Assembly: GCA_050011565.1 (NCBI GenBank)
Contig: JBEKIW010000001.1
Coordinates: forward strand, 160,001 to 224,000
DNA: 64,000 nucleotides
Reading direction: 5' to 3'
DNA from: Dehalococcoidia bacterium
GTDB lineage: Bacteria > Chloroflexota > Dehalococcoidia > GIF9 > UBA5629
Shown here: positions 1-9,856 of the stretch, piece by piece
How positions within the stretch are numbered: position 1 is the stretch's first letter
Layout: every line of letters starts with the position of its first letter
The notes under the pieces: model-generated
Seen by the model: only the letters and a program-made list of their open reading frames with translations
The model's database searches: none
Told to the model about the DNA's origin: nothing
Translations under genes and position numbers: made by a program

Positions 1-764
1 GGGTCATCCAGATTGTTTTGCGGCACAAAGCTCAGCAGCCGGCGCACATCCCTAAGACATTGTTCGTCGTCCCTGGCGACAAAATGGCAATTGCCGCTTT
101 TGGTAGCGTGTGTCATAGCGCCGCCCAGCTCCTCCAGGCTGATTTCTTCGCCGGTTACTGCCTTGATTACTGCCGGACCCGTGATATACATTTGGCCCGT
201 GTTCTTTACCATGAAGATGAAGTCGGTTATGGCCGGTGAATAGACAGCGCCGCCGGCACAAGGCCCCATAACCGCCGAAATCTGCGGGATAACGCCTGAG
301 TAGAGGGTATTGCGCGTAAAGATGTCAGCGTAGCCTACCAGGCTATCTACTCCCTCCTGAATCCGGGCGCCACCCGAATCAAGTAAGCCGATAACAGGTG
401 CGCCGTTTTTAGCCGCCAGGTCCATGGCCTTGCAGATTTTTTCCGAAGCCACCTTTGACAGCGAGCCGCCGAAAACGGTGAAGTCCTGGGAAAAGACGAA
501 AGTTGTCCGGCCGTTGATTTTGCCGTAGCCGGTGACTACGGCATCGCCCAGAACTCTCTGCTCATCGACGCCGAAGTCAGTGCAGCGATGGAGGGCAAAC
601 GGGTCGAGTTCTTCGAAGGTACCCGGGTCGAAAAGTAGCTGAATGCGTTCTCTGGCGGTAAGCTTGCCTTTCTTGTGCTGGGCTTCAGTGCGCTGAGCGC
701 CGCCGGCAGCTAGCGACTGTTCTCTTAGTTTGTTTAATTCGGTGATTTTTTGCTCAGTTCCCAT
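1..764 (-). CDS. acyl-CoA carboxylase carboxyltransferase subunit (PccB/MmdA-like), runs off window start
   Basis: Manual translation from ATG at 764: [54 protein letters not shown]...[25 protein letters not shown]...[10 protein letters not shown]...[10 protein letters not shown]; not in ORF track because it has no stop in the window. Confidence 0.93.
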   Translation of the reverse strand, partial: MGTEQKITELNKLREQSLAAGGAQRTEAQHKKGKLTARERIQLLFDPGTFEELDPFALHRCTDFGVDEQRVLGDAVVTGYGKINGRTTFVFSQDFTVFGGSLSKVASEKICKAMDLAAKNGAPVIGLLDSGGARIQEGVDSLVGYADIFTRNTLYSGVIPQISAVMGPCAGGAVYSPAITDFIFMVKNTGQMYITGPAVIKAVTGEEISLEELGGAMTHATKSGNCHFVARDDEQCLRDVRRLLSFVPQNNLDD

Positions 765-910
765 GCGCCTGCCCTTCCATCAAGCCGGTATATGGGGATT
801 TGCTTGATACGATTACTAGCAGATAGCATTGTAACATATTTCGCCGAATATTGAATAGAGTATGAGGTAGATTGGAGCAACAGTCCCAATCGTTAATCCC
901 CACCGCCGAG

Positions 911-1036
911 ATTCTTCGACAAGCTCAGAATGAGCGGAACGAAGAGCTCGCAATGACAGCTAGGGAAAGCTCGCAAAGACAATTCCATCTGTCATCGCGA
1001 GGAGCCCTTCCGCTGGAGGGCGACGTGGCGATCTCA
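911..1036. repeat. cluster of REP-like palindromic units
   Basis: attcttcgacaagctcagaatgagcgg (also at 9896 and inverted at 30743) plus gctcgcaatgaca / tgtcatcgcgagg...gtggcgatctc units (also at 11732-11811). Confidence 0.7.
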
Positions 1037-1083
1037 TCCTTTAATTACATAACATTTGCCTCGCGTGGTAGAATAATGACCTG

Positions 1084-1962
1084 ATGACTGACAGGGTGAG
1101 CAAAGCTTCATTAATAGATTGGCGAAAGGCCAGGGGTGGTCCGTCTCCGGGTGTCACCCATTGCGGAAAAACGACTTTCAGTTGGGGAGAGCGGACCTAT
1201 ATCATGGGCGTTATCAATGTCTCTCCCGATTCCTTCTCCGGCGACGGCCTGGCCAGCGTCGCTGCTGCAGTGGCGCAAGCTGAGCGCTTTGCCGCTGAAG
1301 GTGTCGACATACTCGACGTCGGTGGCGAATCTACCCGCCCGAATTCAGCTCCGATAACAGTTGATGAAGAGTTGCGGCGGGTGATACCGGTACTGGAACG
1401 GTTGGCCGGCAAGGTGAAGGTGTCTCTTAGTGTCGATACCTACAAGTTGGAGGTCGCCCGTCGGGCCCTGGATGCAGGTGCTGAAATGTTAAACGATATA
1501 TGGGGACTGAAGCAGGAGCCGCGGTTGGCTGAGCTAGCAGCAGAGAGAGGCGTGCCCATAATACTGATGAGCAATCAGCGGGATAAGCCCGTGCGGAGTA
1601 TCGTTCCAGCGGTTATTTCTGATTTGAAAAAGGCTATAGACCTGGCGCTGAAAGCCGGTGTGCCCTGGGAAAATATCATCATCGACCCGGGCATCGGCTT
1701 CGGCAAGAGGCTGGAGCAGAACCTCGAGCTGGTACGGCGATTGGATGAGCTTAAGGCGCTGGGCAGGCCTGTACTTTTAGGTACGTCGCGTAAATCGATG
1801 ATAGGGCTGGTATTAAACTTGCCTCCGGAGCAGCGTCTGGAGGGGACGGCGGCCAGCATCGCCATAGGTATCGCTAAGGGTGCGGATATAGTCCGGGTGC
1901 ATGACGTGAAAGAGATGATGCGCGTATGTCGCATGAGCGACGCCATCGTCAGGGGCAAATAA
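1084..1962 (+). CDS. folP: dihydropteroate synthase
   Basis: IMGVINVSPDSFSG, DVGGESTRP, DPGIGFGK, GTSRKS, VRVHDV motifs. Confidence 0.96.
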   Translation: MTDRVSKASLIDWRKARGGPSPGVTHCGKTTFSWGERTYIMGVINVSPDSFSGDGLASVAAAVAQAERFAAEGVDILDVGGESTRPNSAPITVDEELRRVIPVLERLAGKVKVSLSVDTYKLEVARRALDAGAEMLNDIWGLKQEPRLAELAAERGVPIILMSNQRDKPVRSIVPAVISDLKKAIDLALKAGVPWENIIIDPGIGFGKRLEQNLELVRRLDELKALGRPVLLGTSRKSMIGLVLNLPPEQRLEGTAASIAIGIAKGADIVRVHDVKEMMRVCRMSDAIVRGK

Positions 1963-1964
1963 AG

Positions 1965-2489
1965 ATGGCGACTGTCTATCTCGGTCTCGGCTCCAACCTG
2001 GGCGGCAGGAAGCAGAACCTGTCTCAAGCTCTGGAATTGCTGTCAAAACGTGCGGTGATTGAGAAAGTCTCCTCTATTTATGAGACTGAGCCTGTTGGCT
2101 ACAAGGAGCAGCCACTTTTCCTGAATGCCGTTTGCCGAATCTCTACCGAGCTGAAGCCCGGGCGGCTACTGCTTCTGGCTAAGAACATCGAAGCTAAATT
2201 AGGCAGGACGAGCGGCTTTCCCAATGCTCCCAGGATAATCGATATAGACATACTTTTCTACGGCAATGAGGTTTTCAGCAGTGAGGAATTGACGGTGCCC
2301 CATCCTCGCCTGGCGGAGCGGGCTTTCATGCTGGTGCCGCTGGCTGAAATCGCCCCGGACCTGGTCCATCCGGTCAATGGGAAAACAGCAAAAGAGCTGT
2401 TGAATGACTTGGGAGCTGTGACCGGTGTGCGTAAGTGGGCTAATGCTGAAGAGATTATGAGGAGGCAAGATGTATCAAGTATCCGTTGA
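1965..2489 (+). CDS. folK: 2-amino-4-hydroxy-6-hydroxymethyldihydropteridine diphosphokinase
   Basis: VYLGLGSNLG, SSIYETEP, PRIIDIDIL, PHPR motifs; start moved to ATG 1965 just after folP stop. Confidence 0.95.
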   Translation: MATVYLGLGSNLGGRKQNLSQALELLSKRAVIEKVSSIYETEPVGYKEQPLFLNAVCRISTELKPGRLLLLAKNIEAKLGRTSGFPNAPRIIDIDILFYGNEVFSSEELTVPHPRLAERAFMLVPLAEIAPDLVHPVNGKTAKELLNDLGAVTGVRKWANAEEIMRRQDVSSIR

Positions 2490-2838
2490 AGGGCATTTCG
2501 ATGCCGCCCATTATCTCAGGGACTATGGCGGCAAGTGTGAGAATCTGCACGGTCATCGATTTAAGGTGGTGGTCAGCTTGAATGTGCCCAGGCTAAATAA
2601 AATCGGCCTGGCTTATGATTTTACGGAGCTGAAGCGGCATCTGGGTGAGGTCCTGGCTCGGTTCGACCACACCTCACTCAACGATGTGCCGCCGTTCGAT
2701 AAAGTAAACCCGTCTTCGGAAAATATTGCGGCGACAATCTACGAGCAGCTAAAAGGACGTTTCTCCGGAGGGGTAACGCTGTCAAGCGTTGAGGTCTGGG
2801 AATCACCCGAAAGCCGGGTGGCTTACAGCCCTGAGTAA
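2470..2838 (+). CDS. queD: 6-carboxytetrahydropterin synthase (PTPS family)
   Basis: FDAAHYL, CENLHGH, PSSENIA, VWES motifs. Confidence 0.9.
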   Translation: MYQVSVEGHFDAAHYLRDYGGKCENLHGHRFKVVVSLNVPRLNKIGLAYDFTELKRHLGEVLARFDHTSLNDVPPFDKVNPSSENIAATIYEQLKGRFSGGVTLSSVEVWESPESRVAYSPE

Positions 2839-3027
2839 TTAGGTTTCCAGATTTGGTGGCAGCAGGTTGGGTATGCTTTCCGTGATGGGGTAACTGTGGT
2901 TACATTTTTTACAGAACAGAGAGCCGGTTACTACCTCGCCCTCTTTTTCATCGGTTACTTTCAGTTTAAGCGAGCCCTTGCACACCGGACAGGCCAGTAT
3001 ATCCATCAACTCTTTTTTCATCGGCAT
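2839..3027 (-). CDS. Trm112-like protein
   Basis: LMDILACPVCKG...L.C..C...YPI...IPNLL pattern. Confidence 0.85.
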   Translation of the reverse strand: MPMKKELMDILACPVCKGSLKLKVTDEKEGEVVTGSLFCKKCNHSYPITESIPNLLPPNLET

Positions 3028-3062
3028 TTATCCTACTTTAATTGGAGGTAATCTGTCAATTA

Positions 3063-3170
3063 AAAATCCCTCTCAATCTCCCTTTACGAAAGGGAGAAAC
3101 TTATTTCCCCCTTTGAAAAAGGCACGTCCGTAAATCTCCCCCTTAGAAAAAGGGGGATTAAGGGGGATTT
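3063..3170. repeat. stacked CCCTTT/AAAGGG hairpin repeats
   Basis: aaatccctctcaatctccctttacgaaagggaga followed by two related hairpins; the first unit recurs at 9857 and inverted at 30775-30811. Confidence 0.7.
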
Positions 3171-3317
3171 CTATAAACCAATCCCCGAATCCCAAGACAT
3201 TTTTTACTTTTTACTTGTACTTTTGACTTTTGGCTTTTAACGTTTAACATATAGGGGGTTGCTACACTTAACCTACTGCGATAGACTTATAGTACTTATA
3301 GTAATGAGGGGTGGTTT

Positions 3318-4907
3318 ATGGTCCGGCTGACATTTTACGGCGGCATCAACGAAATCGGCGGCAACAAAATCCTGCTCGAAGACGGGGAGCGAAAGCTGTT
3401 CCTGGATTTCGGCTTTCCTTACAAGCGGCACAAACAATTCTACGAGGAATACCTGAAGCCTCGCGGCGGTGCCGGCTTGCTTGACCCATTGGCAATGGGC
3501 TTGCTGCCGCCGTTGGAGGGACTTTATCGGGATGACCTGGCTACGCCGGGTCTCTGGGAGCAGTTCCGAAATGCTCCTTCCTATCGTAAACTTGAGCAGT
3601 TGGACGGCATGCTGCTGTCCCATGCCCATCTTGACCACTCAGGTCATATCGCTTTTCTCAGGTATGACATCCCGGTCTATTCCACTGCAACTACTGCCTT
3701 TATTGCCAAGGCAGTGCAGGATTCAGGTAAAGCGGACTTCGACCAGCAGGTATGTTATTTCGACCATAAACAACCAGGGCGTCCCTCTGGCTGGAAACAG
3801 GAGGCGCTACTCACCACTGATAAGAAGCAGCAGCGGCAGTTTTGCCTTGCCGACGCCGAGCTAAAAGCTTTAAGCGAAGATGCAGTTAAATTCTGGCTTA
3901 AATCTCCGGGTCAAAAACCGCTTATTTCCTGTTCCCTGAACAGTCACAGTGGCTGCAGCTTGAAGCTACGCTATTTTCCCGTTGACCACTCCATCCCCGG
4001 TGCCTGTGCCTGGGGCATCGAGACCAGCTCCGGCTGGATTATCTACAGTGGTGACCTGCGGCTGCATGGCAAGCGTGGTGAACTTACCAGGAAATTCATC
4101 GAAGAGGCCGGCAAATTGCGTCCCAGGGCGCTTATACTGGAGGGCACTAATGTGACCCGCGAAACGAATGTGGCTGAGCGCGAGGTGTATGAAAATGGTT
4201 TCAAGGCAATAAAAAATGCTACCGGCCTGGTTATTGCCGACTTTCCTCCGAGGGACGTGCACCGCCTGCTTACCTTCTTGCAGGTTGCTAGGGATACCGG
4301 CAGGAAGCTGGCTATACTGCCCAGAGACGCTTATTTATTAAAGACCATGCGTCTGCTGGAGCCGGAAATTCCTGCTATTGCTCAGGAGGATAGCATCGTC
4401 ATATATCAGGACACCATTGCCAGCAAGAGCCCCAACCAGTGGGTGCAGAACCTGTGCAAAGAGTACGGCAGTAAGATGATTCTGGCTGAAGATGTGCGTT
4501 CGGCAGAGGACAAATTTATACTATGTTTCAGCTTCTTTGACATAAATGAATTGCCCAGCCTTCGTCCCAAGCCGGGCAGCCTGTATGTTTTCAGCTCCAG
4601 CGAACCTCACGATGAGGAACAGGAGATAGACTTCCGCCGCCTGCATAGCTGGCTGGAGCACTTTGGGCTTCGAGGTTTCGGTCTTCCTGTTGAGAAGGGC
4701 GATGAATGGGAAATACCCGAAGATGAGAGAGGGTTACATGCCTCCGGCCATGCCTGCGGTCCCGACCTGCTTGAGGTGGCTCGAGGCATAAAACCCGAAG
4801 TCCTCATCCCTGTCCACAGCGAGCATCCCGATTTCTACACTGCCAACTTGAGCGGCAGCGGAATTGATATAGTTCTGCCGGCAGTGGGCGGAATAATCGA
4901 AGTTTAA
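3318..4907 (+). CDS. metallo-beta-lactamase fold beta-CASP nuclease (RNase J-like)
   Basis: GGINEIGGN, LDFG, SHAHLDH, VDHS, YSGD, HASGH, PVH motifs. Confidence 0.85.
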   Translation: MVRLTFYGGINEIGGNKILLEDGERKLFLDFGFPYKRHKQFYEEYLKPRGGAGLLDPLAMGLLPPLEGLYRDDLATPGLWEQFRNAPSYRKLEQLDGMLLSHAHLDHSGHIAFLRYDIPVYSTATTAFIAKAVQDSGKADFDQQVCYFDHKQPGRPSGWKQEALLTTDKKQQRQFCLADAELKALSEDAVKFWLKSPGQKPLISCSLNSHSGCSLKLRYFPVDHSIPGACAWGIETSSGWIIYSGDLRLHGKRGELTRKFIEEAGKLRPRALILEGTNVTRETNVAEREVYENGFKAIKNATGLVIADFPPRDVHRLLTFLQVARDTGRKLAILPRDAYLLKTMRLLEPEIPAIAQEDSIVIYQDTIASKSPNQWVQNLCKEYGSKMILAEDVRSAEDKFILCFSFFDINELPSLRPKPGSLYVFSSSEPHDEEQEIDFRRLHSWLEHFGLRGFGLPVEKGDEWEIPEDERGLHASGHACGPDLLEVARGIKPEVLIPVHSEHPDFYTANLSGSGIDIVLPAVGGIIEV

Positions 4908-4976
4908 AATTGAAATATATAATTTTGGCTTTTTCTTCTATGATAACAGCTATGAATATGCAAGGAGATAGATATC

Positions 4977-5849
4977 ATGATTAATCGCGAATCTTGGGAA
5001 GGATGCATAGAATCTTTGGATGGTTTTAAATGTCTGTTTGATTACTTCAGCGAGAGCGAGTATGAATCCGGATGGATCTTTCGAGGACAATTTATCCACT
5101 GGGATTTGAATACGACCCTGGAACGAGCCTGTAAAGATTCTGGTTTAACGGATGCTAATGACGGTCAAAAAATAGAAGAAAACCTGATTCGTGAATTTGA
5201 AAGAGTATATGACGGAAATGATCGAGACAGAGTTGAAAGAGATAAACTATATGCACTTTCTATTATGAGACACTATGGCGCGCCAACCCGTCTTCTGGAT
5301 TTTACCTATTCTAAATATGTAGGCCTCTACTTTGCTTTGGAATACGCGTTGGACAATAAACAACAAAATAAAGATAGGAACTGCGCTATTTGGTGTATTA
5401 ATACGAAATGGTTAAGTGATGCGACTCATAAGATATCTCCGAAAATTACTAAACTGATACGTAAACGTGGGGAGGATGAAACAAGAGATAATGATTCATT
5501 TAAGCGACTTTATTTGAATAATAAATTCGACTTTGTGGGATGGGAGAATCCTTTAAGACTTCATCAACGGCTTCACATACAGCAGGGAGTGTTTCTATGT
5601 CCCGGTAATGTTAAGAAATCATTTATGGAGAATCTCAAAAACCTTAAGGGATGGAACGAAAAAGAGGCAATAAAGAAAGTAATATGCCGAATGAGCTTAG
5701 AGGATTTACATCGCGCTATCAATGAGTGCAAGAGAATGAATATATCACGTGAAAGCCTTTTCCCTGGGCTTGACGGTTTTGCACAGTCCATGAAATACCA
5801 CCTCGATTTTTATAAATACACATATGAGGAAAGAATTGCCTCCATATAA
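4977..5849 (+). CDS. FRG domain protein
   Basis: WIFRGQ, MRHYGAPTRLLDFT, YFA, QQGVF, ISRESLFPGLDG motifs; visibly AT-rich relative to neighbours. Confidence 0.9.
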   Translation: MINRESWEGCIESLDGFKCLFDYFSESEYESGWIFRGQFIHWDLNTTLERACKDSGLTDANDGQKIEENLIREFERVYDGNDRDRVERDKLYALSIMRHYGAPTRLLDFTYSKYVGLYFALEYALDNKQQNKDRNCAIWCINTKWLSDATHKISPKITKLIRKRGEDETRDNDSFKRLYLNNKFDFVGWENPLRLHQRLHIQQGVFLCPGNVKKSFMENLKNLKGWNEKEAIKKVICRMSLEDLHRAINECKRMNISRESLFPGLDGFAQSMKYHLDFYKYTYEERIASI

Positions 5850-5965
5850 TTACAACGGGCCAGTATTTATTATTGTTCTTTAACGTCTTCAGAACAGAAC
5901 GATATTTTGTTTACTTCACAACGCCGGTCACATTTAATTGTTAGATTAAATTTTGCGGTGATTGC

Positions 5966-6045
5966 TCATGCCAGCTTGATATCGTAGCTGGCGGCGGCTT
6001 CCTTGATGAATTGGAGGAGTATGCTGCCGCGCGGGTCGCTCCAGC
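5966..6045 (-). pseudogene. relic copy of the 3' end of the mscS-family gene at 8727-9557
   Basis: Minus strand reads DPRGSILLQFIKEAAASYDIKLA* versus DLRSSILLQFLKEAKTSSDIKLA* in the intact gene; about 58/75 nt identical by hand alignment. Confidence 0.8.
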
Positions 6046-6094
6046 CATTTCAAGGTTGACCGGGAAAATGCTTAAGCTGACTGGGAAATAGGTT

Positions 6095-6823
6095 TTACCA
6101 GATAAGCGGGATTAGCCTGTATTTCACTTTCTGCGTATACTCCCTGTAACTTGGCAATTCTTTCTGCAATGTACGGTCTTCCAGCGCTGTGCGGATTACT
6201 ATTATTAGAATCAATACGGAGTTTGGCAGAAAGCCCCACCATGAACCTAAGATAAATGGATAGGCTAATAAAGACATAATCAACCCGGCATACCCCGGAT
6301 GTCTAATTATCCCGTAGGGGCCGGTGGTGCAAACATACTGGCCCCTGTCATTTTGGATGCGCACTGTCCACTCGAAGAATTTATTGACCGCCATGGCCCA
6401 GAGGGCAACCGGAGCCACAGATACAAATATAAATATGCCTGCGAAGGTCAACCAGAATGGCATTACCGACCATTGGTAGCGTACGGCATCAAATCCCATT
6501 ATGACCAGGTTGCCGAAGGTAAACACCGGAAAAATAGGTATCCATACCTTATCAAACGTCTTTGTTCCTGCCTTAGTGACGGTGCCGCGTTCATTCAGGA
6601 GCTGCGGATTCACCCTGGCTAATACTACCGTGCTTACTACCTGGTAAATTGAAACCAGGCCTACGTATATCCAGGCATTTATCCAGGCAAGGGTACCCGC
6701 TGATATAAATAAAACTATCAAGCCAAGGACAATTAGAATTGATTGTACTGCGATGCCTCTAATGCCGACGCGATTCAGACCTGCACTTTGTTTATTTGAG
6801 TTTTGTGTTGCTGAATCAGGCAT
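6095..6823 (-). CDS. isoprenylcysteine carboxylmethyltransferase (ICMT/Ste14) family membrane protein
   Basis: Multiple TM segments, GPYGIIRHPGY, RTALEDRTL, Y.EY...V.YRLIP. Confidence 0.88.
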   Translation of the reverse strand: MPDSATQNSNKQSAGLNRVGIRGIAVQSILIVLGLIVLFISAGTLAWINAWIYVGLVSIYQVVSTVVLARVNPQLLNERGTVTKAGTKTFDKVWIPIFPVFTFGNLVIMGFDAVRYQWSVMPFWLTFAGIFIFVSVAPVALWAMAVNKFFEWTVRIQNDRGQYVCTTGPYGIIRHPGYAGLIMSLLAYPFILGSWWGFLPNSVLILIIVIRTALEDRTLQKELPSYREYTQKVKYRLIPLIW

Positions 6824-6841
6824 TATATTCTTTCCACAGCC

Positions 6842-7285
6842 TTACCCCTCCACCATCGCGTGGAGTGAAATTATGAGAATAATGACCCAACAAGTCACGG
6901 ATAAAGTACCGATATTACGCATGGTAGCGTAAGTCTTGCCAAACTCAGGCGTTCCGATCTGCCGGAAATAGCGCGGGAAGTAGCGAAAGTGGATGAATAG
7001 GGCATCCACAAGGAGCACGGCAGTCAATAGGTGCTTCACTCCAAATAGCACGGTGTACCAGAATTCAAAATTAAGAGTTAATATGATACCGCTAACAACT
7101 AGAAGGATATAGCCACACCAGGTTACCGGCGAAATGCGACGGGCAATCCGCCCGCAGTGAAGACGCTGCTCATCCGTCTTTAAGCGCAACATGATTATGG
7201 CTGCGGCAATTGCCCCGCCGAAACCAAGAACGGTGCCAACAATATGCAGGATATTTGCAATAGGTAGAATACCTGAAATGTCCAT
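6842..7285 (-). CDS. hypothetical membrane protein (4 TM)
   Basis: Hydrophobic 147-aa ORF with His in TM1 and TM3; TTGACA-17-TATCAT promoter upstream on the minus strand. Confidence 0.65.
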   Translation of the reverse strand: MDISGILPIANILHIVGTVLGFGGAIAAAIIMLRLKTDEQRLHCGRIARRISPVTWCGYILLVVSGIILTLNFEFWYTVLFGVKHLLTAVLLVDALFIHFRYFPRYFRQIGTPEFGKTYATMRNIGTLSVTCWVIILIISLHAMVEG

Positions 7286-7401
7286 TAGGATACATGATAG
7301 ATGGTGGATTGAGGAGTGTCAAACTACACATGACAGCTTCCCTGGAGTTGAGTAGTCCTTTAAAAAGGATAATAGTATAATGGTTTTAAGAGCTCACTTA
7401 A

Positions 7402-8700
7402 ATGGCAAATTCAACGGTAGTGAAATTTTCCATAATAACGTTATCAGCGATAATGGGCCTGGTTGTGTTGGCCTGCGCACCCGGGACAGGAAACACATCG
7501 CCACCGGCTGCAACGCCTAATCCGCCGGCTACAACGGCGCCATATCCGGGAACCACGACGGAGGAACTGCCGCCCGTACCTGCGGAGTATCAGCCGCTCT
7601 ACTCAGAACTCAGCGCGGAGCTGGCACACTTTGAAGGCGTCCTTAATCAGAGATGGAATCATAGCCAGGGCCAGACAATCATGGCCACCGAGCTGGCTTT
7701 TGCCAACGGCAATATCGGTGAGGGGATTCTAAACTCAAACTCGTTGGAAAATAACCGTTTATTGCTCGACCGGCTTCAGGCTATGGGTGTCAAGGGCGTA
7801 GTGGTAGCTATCAAATACCCGCTGCTCAAGCCCGATTTTCCCCGTTCATCCGAATACCTACAATTCTATAAGGATATCGTAGCCGAGTGCCACCGGCGCG
7901 GAATAACTGTTCTTGTGGAATGCGGGGCCATCTTTGCCGGTACGCCATACTCGCCGGTCCAGGTTGACTGGTTCAGGTATACTACGGCGACGTTTCTGCA
8001 GGACCTGCAGGACCAGCTGGTGCTAATCGCCATTGAAATTAGGCCTGATTATCTGACGCTAGCCAACGAACCACAGACCGAAGAGTCGTTGACCGGGCTG
8101 ATAATAACGCCCACGGTGTGGAGAGATTTCATCGCCTCGACGATGGGAAAAATCGATCGCTCCGGCGGCTTGCTGCTCGGTGCCGGAACCGGTACCTGGG
8201 AGAATCCCGCCTATATAAATGCCATCATTGGTATGCATGGCCTCGATTACATCGACCTGCACATTTACCCGCCGAACAAAGACGGTACTCTGGTGGAGCG
8301 CGCTTTGGACTATGCTTTGCAAGCCCGCGCTGCCGGACAACGGGTAACCGTCAGTGAATCGTGGTTGTGGAAGGCATCGGCTCAGGAGCTTGGCAATGGT
8401 CTTGGTGACCCGGAGAAAGTAATGAACCGGGACGTCTACAGTTTCTGGTATCCCGTGGATGCTCGTTTTATTCAGGATATTATGGACCTGGCCGACGCCA
8501 CCACTATGGATTTTGTCTCTTTCTTTTGGACAAGGAACTTCTTCGCTTATCTCGACTATAGTAAAACGCTGCATTTTCTCAGCACGGCGCAGTACAATCG
8601 CCTGATAAATCAGGCTTTCATTAGCAACGTCCAGAATGACACTTTGAGTTCTCTGGGCAGGTATTTACAACAGAAACTTACCAGCCGTACTGAACCATAA
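7402..8700 (+). CDS. lipoprotein with probable clan GH-A-like glycoside hydrolase TIM barrel
   Basis: Lipobox VLAC, Pro/Thr linker, LANEP (acid/base-like), DLHIY, VSE (nucleophile-like). Confidence 0.6.
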   Translation: MANSTVVKFSIITLSAIMGLVVLACAPGTGNTSPPAATPNPPATTAPYPGTTTEELPPVPAEYQPLYSELSAELAHFEGVLNQRWNHSQGQTIMATELAFANGNIGEGILNSNSLENNRLLLDRLQAMGVKGVVVAIKYPLLKPDFPRSSEYLQFYKDIVAECHRRGITVLVECGAIFAGTPYSPVQVDWFRYTTATFLQDLQDQLVLIAIEIRPDYLTLANEPQTEESLTGLIITPTVWRDFIASTMGKIDRSGGLLLGAGTGTWENPAYINAIIGMHGLDYIDLHIYPPNKDGTLVERALDYALQARAAGQRVTVSESWLWKASAQELGNGLGDPEKVMNRDVYSFWYPVDARFIQDIMDLADATTMDFVSFFWTRNFFAYLDYSKTLHFLSTAQYNRLINQAFISNVQNDTLSSLGRYLQQKLTSRTEP

Positions 8701-8726
8701 TCGGTGAGTCACCTAGCCAGTATGAC

Positions 8727-9557
8727 CTATGCCAGTTTGATATCGGAGCTGGTTTTGGCTTCTTTGAGGAATTGCAGCAATATACTGCTGCGCAGGTCGT
8801 TGCGGCTCTCCAGCGGGGCTACGAACTTACCTTTAATCCAGATGTGCTGCGGTTCGACGAAGACCAGCACGCGGGGGCCGCTCATGGCTTCGTCCAGGAA
8901 CCGGGGGTAGCTGTTCTTGAAGACCTGGCCGGCCTGCTTTACATAAACCTCATCCTGGCTCTTGAGTATGCTCTCGAGAAGCTGGCTCGCCTTCTCTACG
9001 TTGCTGTCGGTGGTTATGGGGATGCGTACCTCGTCGAACATGTAGTCAGAGGAAATGGGCTCGAGGCCTGTCGAGTAGTCCTTGGAGTAGTTCAATACCG
9101 GCTGGTCCACTATTATGAGGTTGGGCACGAACAGCAGTCTGCCGGTCAGCTCGCCGCCCAGCTTCTCGTCCTCCCCCACCTCTTCGAGTGTGGTGTGAAG
9201 CAGTCCTATATGTCGCACATCGCCTTTGGTGTTGCCGATGCGAATTCTATCTCCAATGTCGTATATTTTGGAGAAGGTGATGACAAAGAAGGAGAAGAAG
9301 CTGGCTGTGTACTTCTGCAGAGCCACGGCCAGTGCAAGGGCGATAACAGGCACATATATGGCTACCTGAGGCACATATATTGCCGCCAGTATGGTAATGG
9401 CTACAAATACCAGAACTGCAACACATGTCATGACCGTTATGAGCAGCTTTGTGCTGCGTCGCTGTGCCTCGGCTTTAAGCACCATGGTTCTTGCATAGCG
9501 CCGACCTTCATCGCCTGAAAGACGTTCGTTTTTCATTGCTTTACCGACTGTAATCAA
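8727..9557 (-). CDS. small-conductance mechanosensitive channel (MscS family)
   Basis: TM helices then YDIGDRIRIG..GDV..IGL..T, GRLLFVPN, NYS. Confidence 0.85.
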   Translation of the reverse strand: MITVGKAMKNERLSGDEGRRYARTMVLKAEAQRRSTKLLITVMTCVAVLVFVAITILAAIYVPQVAIYVPVIALALAVALQKYTASFFSFFVITFSKIYDIGDRIRIGNTKGDVRHIGLLHTTLEEVGEDEKLGGELTGRLLFVPNLIIVDQPVLNYSKDYSTGLEPISSDYMFDEVRIPITTDSNVEKASQLLESILKSQDEVYVKQAGQVFKNSYPRFLDEAMSGPRVLVFVEPQHIWIKGKFVAPLESRNDLRSSILLQFLKEAKTSSDIKLA

Positions 9558-9663
9558 TGTCGTCTCCTGTTTTAAATTTAAATTCTAGAATGTATTGATA
9601 GGGCTTTAGCCCTGTCCGGGGAGGGCAGACCCGAAGGTCTGTGCCTACAGTTTCGATATAATA

Positions 9664-9692
9664 GAGGTGGGAGGGTTTTGCCCTCCCACCTC
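9664..9692. other. perfect 12-bp hairpin in the mscS leader
   Basis: gaggtgggaggg-ttttg-ccctcccacctc. Confidence 0.7.
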
Positions 9693-9722
9693 GTTAATTA
9701 ACGCAGTGAATTTGATATAGAA

Positions 9723-9750
9723 ATTATACGCTTTTTGGGCTATTTGTCAA
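9723..9750 (-). promoter_or_regulatory. consensus sigma70 promoter upstream of mscS
   Basis: Minus strand TTGACA-aatagcccaaaaagcg(16)-TATAAT. Confidence 0.75.
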
Positions 9751-9856
9751 GGCATAGCAAGTTAAAAGTCAAAGACCAAAAGCCAAAAGTACAGGTAAAA
9801 AGTCAAATATACCTCAGATGTTAATTGTTGCTATTGATCATTCCCGAAATCTGAAC

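Noticed and set aside
872-1084. 70-aa ORF before folP (likewise 11716-12249 and 45653-45961)
   Set aside because: They are read through REP-like repeats or antisense to real genes, with no protein motifs.
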